Assembly: GCA_030589165.1 (NCBI GenBank)
Contig: JAUUWG010000002.1
Location: forward strand, 1 to 59,763
Origin: Desulfobacterales bacterium
GTDB taxonomy: Bacteria; Desulfobacterota; Desulfobacteria; Desulfobacterales; JAFDHS01
DNA: 59,763 bases
Reading direction: 5' to 3'
The number at the start of each line of letters is the position of its first letter. Position 1 is the stretch's first letter. This document shows, piece after piece, positions 25,001 to 34,600 of the stretch. The translations under genes and the position numbers were made by a program. The notes under the pieces are model-generated. The model saw nothing but the letters and a program-made list of their open reading frames with translations, did not search any database and was not told the origin of the DNA.

Positions 25001-26330
25001 TGATTAACTGTTCCTTTCTTCTTACTCATTCTTACTTACTCATTTTCAAAAATGAAGGGAAATTCCTGCTTCACGGAGGCTGCCCGAACGAACTGCTTAG
25101 GTCTTACTTCCTCTCCACAGGCTGTCACCGTAGAACCTACGGCCAGTTTTTCTAAATTAATCGCTGCATTTAAGTCTCGGTCTATTTTAAAACCGCAATT
25201 ATCACAGCGAAATACCCTATCCGATAAAGTTAAATTGTCTTTCTTAAATCCACATCTGCAACAGGTCTTGGAAGAAGGATAAAAGCGATCTGCCTGCACG
25301 ATCTCAACAGCAAACATCTTGGCTTTATAACTCAACTGCCTTACAAATTCTCCGAAGCCCATGTCTAAAATAGACCGGGAAAGCCGTCGGTTTTTCACCA
25401 TGCCATTGACGTTCAAATCCTCAATTCCGACTATGCTGAAATTCTGCACCAGCATGGTCGTTAACTTGTGGAGCGCGTCCTTTCTAATGTTGGCAATTCG
25501 CGCATGTAATCGAGATAGTTTAAGCTTTCCCTTCTTCCAATTATTAGAACCTTTTTCTTTTCGGGATAAAGACTTATTGAGTCTGCGAAGCCTTTGAAAT
25601 AAGACTTTATGAGGTTTCGGGCCTTCAACAATAGTTCCGTCACTTAAAGTGGCCAAATGCTTAACCCCAAGATCTACCCCGATAACCACGTGGTTCTTGC
25701 TAATTGCCGGGGTTAAATCTGTTTTGAGATTGATTGCAACAAACCACTTATCTGCAATTCTTGAGACCGTTGTTGATAAAATTTTACCTGTAAATCTCAA
25801 CTGTTTCCGCATTCTGATCCATCCCAACTTAGGAATTTTGATTTTACACCTATCAAGTCGGAATTTGTCATTAGCTATGTAAAAACTGTCATGTATTCCC
25901 CTTTTCTTAAAAACCGGGTACTTGCCGGTTCCTTCAAAGAATCTAACAAATGCTTTTCCAAGATTGGTAAAAGGTTGGCTGTTTGCATCCCGGAGGACAC
26001 TTGAAATCCAAGGGAATTCTTCATGCTTAAGAGCGTTGAATTGTTTTTTTAACGCAAAAGTTGATGGTTTTAAACCTTCCTGATACTGACGATTCCATTC
26101 TCCCAAGGCCCAATTATAGGTAAATCTGGCAGTCCCACAGGCTTGTCTAAAATAACCCTTTTGGATATTGTTAGGGCTGAGTTCTATCTTGTGGGCTATC
26201 TGGAACAGCATTTTATTCAGGTTCCTTTTTATATCTTGCTCATAGTGAGTAAGTATAGATAATTTTGATTAAGAAATTAACAACTATTCATAGCTCCCTA
26301 TTATTTACAAAACCTTAAATGTTGCACTTT
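25001..26330 (-). mobile_element. Solo TnpB (IS200/IS605-family, IS1341-like) element; approximate bounds
   Basis: Contains only tnpB, with no Y1 or serine tnpA. Sub-terminal 10-bp inverted match TACTTACTCA (25033..25042) / TGAGTAAGTA (26246..26255). The flanks are AT-rich. Element ends are not defined by sequence alone. Confidence 0.4.
25036..26211 (-). CDS. tnpB: TnpB-like RNA-guided endonuclease (OrfB_IS605 + Zn-ribbon)
   Basis: 391 aa. RuvC-I VIGVDLG, RuvC-II GIEDLN, Zn finger CCRCG...CDNCG, RuvC-III DRDLNAAINL. All catalytic acidic residues are present. Confidence 0.9.
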   Translation of the reverse strand: MLFQIAHKIELSPNNIQKGYFRQACGTARFTYNWALGEWNRQYQEGLKPSTFALKKQFNALKHEEFPWISSVLRDANSQPFTNLGKAFVRFFEGTGKYPVFKKRGIHDSFYIANDKFRLDRCKIKIPKLGWIRMRKQLRFTGKILSTTVSRIADKWFVAINLKTDLTPAISKNHVVIGVDLGVKHLATLSDGTIVEGPKPHKVLFQRLRRLNKSLSRKEKGSNNWKKGKLKLSRLHARIANIRKDALHKLTTMLVQNFSIVGIEDLNVNGMVKNRRLSRSILDMGFGEFVRQLSYKAKMFAVEIVQADRFYPSSKTCCRCGFKKDNLTLSDRVFRCDNCGFKIDRDLNAAINLEKLAVGSTVTACGEEVRPKQFVRAASVKQEFPFIFENE

Positions 26331-26372
26331 ACACCTTCGACCTTGAACTTTGAACATTAAACCTTAAACCTT
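26331..26372. repeat. Degenerate tandem heptamer array (ACCTTNA), about 6 copies
   Basis: ACCTTCG ACCTTGA ACTTTGA ACATTAA ACCTTAA ACCTTTT, followed by a T-run. No complementary partner array was found nearby. Confidence 0.7.
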
Positions 26373-26459
26373 TTTTTTTCAACCCCATTTCATCCTGATA
26401 ACAAAAAAGAAAACCTATGCTTTAAATTCGTTCACCCCTGCATTTGTTTTTTTATAGTG

Positions 26460-26488
26460 TTGACAACTAACTATCTATTTAATATGTT
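26460..26488 (+). promoter_or_regulatory. Sigma70-type promoter candidate for the plus-strand operon
   Basis: TTGACA (26460..26465), a 17-nt spacer, then TATGTT (26483..26488), about 120 nt upstream of ATG 26609 in an AT-rich gap. Confidence 0.35.
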
Positions 26489-26608
26489 GCACTGCTTAAT
26501 AAAGTAAGCATAGTTAATAAAATAAAATGATTATCGATTTAATACAACCTATTAAATTAAAGCTGCAAAAATCATTTTTCGGGAAAAGAAGTCGATGGTT
26601 GTGGAGAT

Positions 26609-27757
26609 ATGGCAGAAAAAATTAAACTGATCGTCAATGCCATTCCCCTTACCTATGTCAACACCGGGATCGGCCGTTATCTGCAATCTCTCTACAGCCA
26701 GATGGAAAGGCTCTATGGCAACAGAATTGAGATCGCATACTTTGACGGCCGGAAAGTTTGTACACAGATACCCAGGCAACCTGTAAATCTATCGCAATGG
26801 TCCAAGGCCGCGGACCTGTTCTGGAAACTTCCGACCTGCTGCGCCCTTGCCCTGCGTCTGGCTTTGCACGCCAGGCGGGAGATTCTTTTCCGCCGTCATG
26901 CCAGAGGCTTTGACATCTATCACGAGGTCGCTTTTTTCCCATTTTCGACGCCATCGCATGTAAAAACCATCTTTACGGTTCACGATCTGTCATTAATCCG
27001 TTTCCCTGAACATCATCCCAGGGAAAGAGCTCTCTATTCCAGACTCTTTTTCGAGCGCAGATGCAAAAATGTCGATCATTTCATCGCGGTATCCGAGTTT
27101 ACCCGAAAAGAGATGCAGACTCACCTCGGCATTCAACCCGGCAAGATCACCACGACTCGCCTGGCTCATTCCCCCGATATTTTTTTCCCGAAATCATCCG
27201 AACAGATCCAAAGATTCCTCAGAAAGCACTCACTGCCGCGGGAATACTTTCTCTTCGTGGGAAGCGGTGATCCCAGAAAAAACATGGATATCATTCCCGA
27301 AGCCCTTGAAAAATCCGGCCTGGATATCCCTCTGGTGGTTATCGGCTGGTCGGGATGGTCAACCGGAGGGCTGGGGAAAAAGGTGATATCCCTTGGATAT
27401 GTGGATGATGAAGATTTAGCCTTAGCCTATTCAGGTGCTCTGGCTCTGGTACTGCCCAGCACCTATGAAGGCTTCGGCCTGCCGGTTCTGGAAGCCATGG
27501 CTTGCGGGTGTCCTGTGGTGACTACCAAAAAGGCCAGTTTGCCGGAAGTGGGCGGAGATGCGGCCCTCTATATCAAAGATCCGCGGGACAACACCGAGCT
27601 TGCAGGATTACTTAAGGAACTTTATCTAGATCGAACCTTGCGAGCAGAACCGGTTCAAAAAGGCATCAAGCACACCGGCCAATTTTCGTGGGAACAAACC
27701 GCCGGGCAAACCTTTGAGGTGTTTGAGCGAGCGCTTGATACCCCTGCGTCAGGATAG
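26609..27757 (+). CDS. Glycosyltransferase family 4 (GT-B, group 1)
   Basis: EGFGLPVLEAMACGCPVV E-x7-E region and the N-terminal GT4 donor-binding pattern. Confidence 0.85.
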   Translation: MAEKIKLIVNAIPLTYVNTGIGRYLQSLYSQMERLYGNRIEIAYFDGRKVCTQIPRQPVNLSQWSKAADLFWKLPTCCALALRLALHARREILFRRHARGFDIYHEVAFFPFSTPSHVKTIFTVHDLSLIRFPEHHPRERALYSRLFFERRCKNVDHFIAVSEFTRKEMQTHLGIQPGKITTTRLAHSPDIFFPKSSEQIQRFLRKHSLPREYFLFVGSGDPRKNMDIIPEALEKSGLDIPLVVIGWSGWSTGGLGKKVISLGYVDDEDLALAYSGALALVLPSTYEGFGLPVLEAMACGCPVVTTKKASLPEVGGDAALYIKDPRDNTELAGLLKELYLDRTLRAEPVQKGIKHTGQFSWEQTAGQTFEVFERALDTPASG

Positions 27758-27827
27758 ATATCGACCCGAATCGAACCTCAGACAGGAGAAACGTTTTATT
27801 TCCGGAACCCTAAATAAAACAGTTGTC

Positions 27828-28970
27828 ATGGGCTGTACCCAACCTTACTGGTCGGCATTGCAGGTGGGCAGTCAGCATCTGGCCAGGCAGTTTGCAAAAC
27901 ACGGCTGGAAGGTACACTATTTTTCCGCGCCCATCTCATTGCTGCATCTGCCTAAACTGTTTGACACCGAAATCATAAAGCGTATCCAATGCGCCAGGCA
28001 GTCCCCGACACCGCATGCCAATGGAAGAATTCGATCGTATGTGCCCTCTTCTTTTATAGCTCCGGCAGGACTTTGCCTGTTAAGGAATAAGATGGTCACC
28101 CATAACTGGTTTAAAACGATGGTTCCATCCCTGAAAAGCATGCAGCATAAATCGGGATTTGAACGGATTGATCTTTTGTATATTGATAACCTCTCTTATC
28201 ATTTTTTACTGGATCGTCTTTCATATCAAAAAAGCATATTCAGGGTTATGGATATACATGAAGGCTTTCCAGGATGGCAGGGTAAAGCCCGGCATTTGGC
28301 GCAAAAAATTGCCGGACAAGTGGACGCAACCATATATTCCGCCCAGGGATTGGAGAAATATGTGCATACCCTTGGCTCCGGTAAATCGGCTTTAGTGCCC
28401 AATGGGGTGGATTTCGACTCTTTTAACCTGCAAAAACGATCGGGACAACGGCATCCGCTTCTCCAGGAGATACCTGATCCTGTCCTATTGTACACAGGAA
28501 TGATTGATTCGCGCCTGGATTTTGATCTTATCCGTTCAGCCGCACGCACCTTGCCCCACGCTTCGTTTATTTTTGCAGGTCCTGTGTCCTGCTCTGCCAC
28601 ACGGTTGACTGACCTGCCGGCTAACGTATATTTAATTGGTCCCGTGCCCCATGATGATCTGCCTGAACTTTTAGGCTCGGCCACAGCCGGTCTGATACCG
28701 TTTGACGTGAACAATCGAATGGACGTGATCCAGGGCATCAGGCCACTGAAACTTTTTGAGTATCTGGCCGCCGGCATCCCCGTCATCTCCGCCAAATGGC
28801 CTGAACTTGAGAAAATGAACAGCCCTGCCTGGCTTTATGACAATGAACAGGAGTTTGTAGAGCTTGTGCACAAAGCAACGACTGATAACCATGACCCAAT
28901 TGCCGCATGGAATTTTGCAAAGGAGCACGACTGGAAACATTCGTTTGAATTGATGTTGAACGCTTTGTAA
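27828..28970 (+). CDS. GT-B fold glycosyltransferase (TuaH-like)
   Basis: The start is placed at ATG 27828 (MGCTQPYWSALQVGSQHLARQFAKHGWKVHYFSAP). The C-terminal half has the pattern LLYTGMIDSRLDFDL...GIRPLKLFEYLAAGIPVIS. Confidence 0.75.
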   Translation: MGCTQPYWSALQVGSQHLARQFAKHGWKVHYFSAPISLLHLPKLFDTEIIKRIQCARQSPTPHANGRIRSYVPSSFIAPAGLCLLRNKMVTHNWFKTMVPSLKSMQHKSGFERIDLLYIDNLSYHFLLDRLSYQKSIFRVMDIHEGFPGWQGKARHLAQKIAGQVDATIYSAQGLEKYVHTLGSGKSALVPNGVDFDSFNLQKRSGQRHPLLQEIPDPVLLYTGMIDSRLDFDLIRSAARTLPHASFIFAGPVSCSATRLTDLPANVYLIGPVPHDDLPELLGSATAGLIPFDVNNRMDVIQGIRPLKLFEYLAAGIPVISAKWPELEKMNSPAWLYDNEQEFVELVHKATTDNHDPIAAWNFAKEHDWKHSFELMLNAL

Positions 28971-28977
28971 GAAAAGC

Positions 28978-29085
28978 CAGTGACGAGTGAATAGTGAACA
29001 GTGAATAATTGAGGAATTCTATCAATTTATAATGATAGCGCGGCAGCGCTACCTTCACTATTCACTATTCACTATTCACTACTTC
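28978..29085. repeat. Inverted arrays of tandem heptamers, (AGTGAAT)n ... (ATTCACT)n, forming a gene-less stem-loop
   Basis: Left arm AGTGACG AGTGAAT AGTGAAC AGTGAAT (28979..29006). Right arm (TTCACTA)x4 (29054..29081). About 28 bp are pairable with 3 mismatches. The loop of about 45 nt contains the palindrome TAGCGC-GGCA-GCGCTA. Confidence 0.85.
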
Positions 29086-29173
29086 ATAGTTCGATGAAGG
29101 CTGGTAACCATGGCGGTTTATTAAAATTCAAATATTTCTGGGTTAGAATCACTCTGAAAAGAAAACAGCAGGT

Positions 29174-31579
29174 ATGAATGTAATGGAGAAGAAAATCGAC
29201 TGTCTCATCATCCTTGGAATGCATAGAAGCGGAACCTCTACGCTGGCTGGATGCTTAAACCTGCTCGGCCTGGATCTTGGTGAAAATCTCATGCCTCCCG
29301 GTCAGGGCAATGGAGACGGACATTTTGTAAACAATGACCTGATCCTGGTCCATGACATCCTGTTGCGGGACCTCGGCTGCAAATGGGACATGGTCGGCAA
29401 CCTGCCCCGGGATTGGCAGGAATCCGAGGCTGCGGACAGGGCCGGAAAAAGCATCAAATCGATCCTGGAACGTAATTTTCCCTCTAATAAAATCTGGGCA
29501 GTCAAGGATCCCCGCATGTGCAGGTTCATGCCTCTGTGGCTTCCTCTCCTGAAGGAGATGGGAATCAATCCGGGCCTTATTTTGAACCTGCGCCATCCCC
29601 TGGAAACGGCCCGATCCCTCGCCCAAAAGGATGAATTCGACCTGCGAAAAGGTTTTCTCCTCTGGCTCTCTCATTACAGAGAAGCCTTCAGTGCCTGCCG
29701 GGACAATTCAAACGTGGTCATCACCTATGACCAGCTCTTGGCCGATCCTGTATCCACGCTCAAATTCATCAGCGAATCCCTTGATGTCGATTATCCCAGG
29801 TCTCTGCGAAAAACCTACCCGGAAATTCTGGATTTTATCCGCCCCGAAATGAAACACCAACACAGTGGCCCCTCCCAAAACAAGGAAGAATCCGGGTTTG
29901 CCCATTTTATTCATTTTTATGAGCAGATTCGCCGGTTCTGTGTGGAAAGAACAACGCAGCTCACTGCCGAAGCCGGTAAAAAGCCCGGGAGTTTTCAATA
30001 CGATACGAAATTGTTGCCATCAGTACTGCAACATTTCTCTTACAAGGATTCTGTTTCAGGTGTCCGAAATTCAAAGCAGGAAATGACCGTACTCGCCTCA
30101 GGCCGTTTATTCAACGATATTCTGTCCCTTATCGGCGATCATGAACGGGTTCAGCACAGCCTGCATTTGGAAAAAGAGCGCAGGCTTATGAACAGTACAA
30201 AGCCTGGAACCACTCTTTTCGCTCAGGTGTATTTCCCACAAGAGCAGGGTGCCGTCTTTATTGAGGAAAAGTCCAAAAAAATTCTGCTGGCCCCGGTCGA
30301 ATGGCAGGAGATCACAGTATCGGTACCTGATCCGATTCTTGTCAAAGACAAAGGTTTGCGCCTGAACCCGTTGAATACCAGAGGGATTGTACATATTTCC
30401 AGCATCAGGCTGGTGAATTCAGCCACCGGGGAAACGGTCTTCAAGATTGAAAAACCCGAAGAATTTGAGAAGTGCCGGATCAAGGAGGATGGCTTCTCCC
30501 TGCCCGGACAGGATGGTTTGGCCCTTTTTGTATTCAGTCATGACCCGCGGATCATTCTTCCTTCAATCCCTGACTTACCGGACTGCCCTCTGGAACTGCG
30601 GGTCTGGATCAAGGCCCAGACAAATCAGGAGGAGATCAAAAATCTCTGGATGCAGGAACAAACGGCCAAAGAAGCGCTGGAATCAGTAAAGCAGCAGATG
30701 GAAACCGACCTCGCCGAGGTCAAAACTCAATTGACTGCAGCGCGTGCAGAAACACAGCAAGGGCAGGAGCGGATTAACCAGTTGAATCTGGAAAATTCCA
30801 GGCTTTCCAGCAGTAATCATCTTTACGCCGAAAAAAACAAGCAGCTCAAACGCTGGATGGACCAACTCCAAAACGATTTCAACGCGCTCATGGACTCTAA
30901 ACGATGGCGGACAGGCAATGCGCTTATCCGATTCATTGAGATAGTTCTTTTAAAAGGCCGAAAGCCAGGCGCTGCTCACCACATGCAACAGACATTTGCA
31001 TCTTTTAACTCCATGCCGGATAAGAAACAGACTGAATCCCAGTTTCACCAATCATGGAATTTTGATCAAAAAGTTACTCTTGACCGCCTGATGCGGCAAC
31101 TGAAAAACGATGTATCAGCCTTGTCCAAATCAGCCCGATGGAAGACGGGAAACGCCGCGATACGAATTGTTGAAATCATGCTTCTGCGAGGCAGACCCCG
31201 CCTGGCCCTGAACCATATGCAGGAGATATTCAGCGAGTTTCACACAAAGAAAGATCATGGCCAAAATATTTCGCCCTGGTTAATGCAGGAATGGATGCGT
31301 CAGCTTGAATCCGACTGCCAAGATATTCTGGCATCAAGGCGTTGGCAGGTGGGCAACAGCCTGGTCCGAGGATTGGAAATGCTTTTGCTGCGAAAAAAGA
31401 GGCCCCTGGCCACTGATCACATGCAGAAATTGTTCATTCAATTCAGTCAAGGGGAATACTCATATCATAGCAATGATACGTATGAACAGACTGCTAATAT
31501 ATATCCTTCTCAATTCAACACGTATGTCTCTGTTGAGCAAGCGGCAGGCGAGCCTTATACGCTTCGGTCACCGCTTTAG
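29174..31579 (+). CDS. Sulfotransferase-domain fusion protein: N-terminal sulfotransferase, beta-rich middle domain, coiled coil, three C-terminal RW repeats
   Basis: PAPS P-loop-like ILGMHRSGTSTLAGCL. The middle domain is homologous to that of ORF 40567. The three repeat modules centre on SKRWRTGNALIRFIEIVLLKGRKP, SARWKTGNAAIRIVEIMLLRGRPR and SRRWQVGNSLVRGLEMLLLRKKRP. Confidence 0.75.
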   Translation: MNVMEKKIDCLIILGMHRSGTSTLAGCLNLLGLDLGENLMPPGQGNGDGHFVNNDLILVHDILLRDLGCKWDMVGNLPRDWQESEAADRAGKSIKSILERNFPSNKIWAVKDPRMCRFMPLWLPLLKEMGINPGLILNLRHPLETARSLAQKDEFDLRKGFLLWLSHYREAFSACRDNSNVVITYDQLLADPVSTLKFISESLDVDYPRSLRKTYPEILDFIRPEMKHQHSGPSQNKEESGFAHFIHFYEQIRRFCVERTTQLTAEAGKKPGSFQYDTKLLPSVLQHFSYKDSVSGVRNSKQEMTVLASGRLFNDILSLIGDHERVQHSLHLEKERRLMNSTKPGTTLFAQVYFPQEQGAVFIEEKSKKILLAPVEWQEITVSVPDPILVKDKGLRLNPLNTRGIVHISSIRLVNSATGETVFKIEKPEEFEKCRIKEDGFSLPGQDGLALFVFSHDPRIILPSIPDLPDCPLELRVWIKAQTNQEEIKNLWMQEQTAKEALESVKQQMETDLAEVKTQLTAARAETQQGQERINQLNLENSRLSSSNHLYAEKNKQLKRWMDQLQNDFNALMDSKRWRTGNALIRFIEIVLLKGRKPGAAHHMQQTFASFNSMPDKKQTESQFHQSWNFDQKVTLDRLMRQLKNDVSALSKSARWKTGNAAIRIVEIMLLRGRPRLALNHMQEIFSEFHTKKDHGQNISPWLMQEWMRQLESDCQDILASRRWQVGNSLVRGLEMLLLRKKRPLATDHMQKLFIQFSQGEYSYHSNDTYEQTANIYPSQFNTYVSVEQAAGEPYTLRSPL

Positions 31580-31666
31580 GGTGGATATTGATGACGAGAA
31601 ACCGACCACGGAAACCTTATTGAACCGCCATGAAAACTTGAACAGGCCCTCAAGCGTTTCAGATCG

Positions 31667-34600
31667 ATGAATAAAAACCATGACATTCAGCTTTTAAAGA
31701 CATCGGACCTGTCCGGATTCCATTATTCCAATCCGGAAGGCATTGCCGTTGTCATGCCTTGCATTGATACCGAAAAGGGCATGACAACGGCCCGGAATCT
31801 TTCTCGGCGGGCTGGCATGCCTTGTAAGGTCCTGATCGTTCATGACAGCCGACACCAAGGGTTCATCAAAACATTGAATGACGCTGCCCTGAAAATATCC
31901 GCTCGCCATATCGTCTATTTGGCTGAAGATGCCTATCCGGGACGCAATTGGCTTGTCTGCGCCTATCACACTTTGGAGAAAAGCGGTAAGGGGTTGCTGG
32001 CTTTTAACGACGGCAAATGGAAGGGACGCATTGCCTCTTTCGGTATGGTCAGAACCAAGTGGGTCAAGTCATTGTATGATGGCAAGCTTTTTTATCCGGG
32101 ATACGAATCCCATGGGGCAGACAACGAACTGACTGTCATTGCCCGGGTCCGGAATATGCATGCGTATAACCCGGACTGTACGCTTGTGGAGTATGACCCG
32201 GTCAAAGACTTTGGCGGTTCCAACCCAAGAGATAGAGAGCTCTTTCAAACTCGCTTTGTAAACGGCTTTGATGGAATGGTGCCCTTGAAAAAGCTTAAAA
32301 AACTGGCAAAAGAGTATAATGTAAAAATGCACCTGAAAAATCATGAAAATTTGACAAAGGGGTACAATGTGATTTGTGAGCCACAAAAAAACAGAATCGG
32401 CATCTCCATTATCATTCATGCACGTAGTGGCGCAACCCCGCTGGATCGCCTGCTCTCTGCTTTTTACCAAGTCAACACCTATCAACCAGTTGAATTCATT
32501 GTCATTGATAATACCCTCAACGATCAGACACGAAAGGTTGTTGCCAAATATGCAGCAAATGATTCTATTCGTCATCTAAAACGTAACGAAAATGAATCCT
32601 TTGCAATTTCCAATAATTTGGCTGTCAAAAAGGCAAACTATCCTTATCTGCTTTTTTTGAGCACGGATATCATCTACACCAGCGATGTGCTGCCCCTGGC
32701 AGTTGCCCAGTTGCAGGATGCGAACATCGGCGTAGTGGGCATTCGGCTGGACGATTCCCCCCCGAGCCTGCCGCCCGGCAATCTCCCCGGCGTACGGCAC
32801 ACGGGCATCAAGTTCGTCCATGATCCGGCCCATGAATTCTACAGGCCTCTTCAGTTGAGTCTGAAAACCATTGAGGAAGCAAAAAAAGTTCCCAGCAGCA
32901 TTTATCCGGCCGTGGCCGGAGCCTTCCTGCTCTGCCGCAAGGGGGAGTTTGAAAAGCTGGACGGATTTTGCGAGGAGTACGACTACGGGTTCGAGGATAT
33001 TGATTTCTGCCTGCGGATAGGCTCGAAGCTGAAGAAGAAGTGTTTGTGCATCAATGAGGTCAGCCTGGGGTATGTTGGCGGAAACACACGGCATATGGAG
33101 CCTGGTGTTGCGGGGACAATTCAGGTCAAAAACTTACAACTGCTGAACAAGAGAGCAGGAGGCCAAATCAGCAAGTTTCCGACCCAAAAAACCGGATCAC
33201 AAAAATCATTCCACATATCCCAAGAACATGCGCCATTCATAAAACAAACATCAACCGTTTTCAGCAAATCATCGCCAAATATTGGCCAACGAATTTTATA
33301 CATTATTCATGATGGTGGTGGTGGTATGGTTTATACATCGTTTGATTTGATGAAATCGATGAATCAACGTAATACATCTTTTTTATTAAAAACAGGCAAA
33401 AAAGAATGGAAGCTTTATGAGTACATTAACAATGAAATAGCTTGTAAACATAAGTATGATTTCAAAATAGACTGGAAGGAAATTGTTGATATTAATAATG
33501 AACGAAAAGCTGCTTTAGATGATATCTATAATAAACTCAACCCTACTCTGATACATTTGAGAGTCCTTATCGGCAACGGACCTTATCTCATTGATTTTTT
33601 TAAAAATAAAAAACTGCCTGTTGTGCTCTCATTTCATGACTTTTCCGCGATATGCCCGAATATACAACTAATCAATAATGGCAAGTTCTGCTATGGAGAT
33701 TGTGAACTGCATCACCATCAAAATGATTGCCATTATTCAAAAAGCTGGTTTGGAAATAGAAGACGACTGCGTGGAGTTTTTCGCTACAATTGGGCTGAGA
33801 GGGTTGCTGAGTCTCTTTCTAAATGTGACGCTTATATCGTAACATCAAATTATACTAAGGAAATTATTTTAAAAAATTATCCGATGTTGGATCCTGAGAA
33901 ATTTCACAATATTGAACATGGTAGAGATTTTGAAAAAAAATATTCATTTTTTAAGGAATATAAGAATGGAAATTGCTGCGATATAATTTTCTTTGGCGCG
34001 CTAAATGAGGCGAAAGGATGTTCACTTGTGTCTGACATCATCAGGATAAATGAGGACAACGACGGGCCACTGAAATTTCATATCATCGGTGGGATCACGA
34101 ATAAGTATAAAAAACGATTTTCCGCGTACAAAAATGTTATTTTATACGGTAAGTATGAACGAGATGATTTAAGAAATTACTTTGAAGAGATTAAACCAAC
34201 CCTTACTATTTTACCATCAATATGTCATGAAACATATTCTCACGCGCTCACGGAGTCATGGGCTTATGGTGTTCCTGTTTTAGGGTCTTCGCTTGGAGCA
34301 ATTGGCGAAAGAATACGCGTTCATGATGGAGGATGGACGTTGGATCCAGTTCATAAACAACAATGGTATAATAAAATATTAAAAATAATCAAGGACAAAA
34401 AGGATTATTTACAAAAACTTAGTAATATTAAACAAATTGATATAAAAAGTCTGGATCATATGGCAGATGAGTATTGTATGGTTTATCGTAACTTGTTGAA
34501 GCCTCAGCAAAAGATTTCATCTGCAGCGAAAATTCAATCGTTCTTAAAAAAAGTAAAATTTAAATCACCAGAAAAGAAAGAGAAAAATAATCAGAAACGG

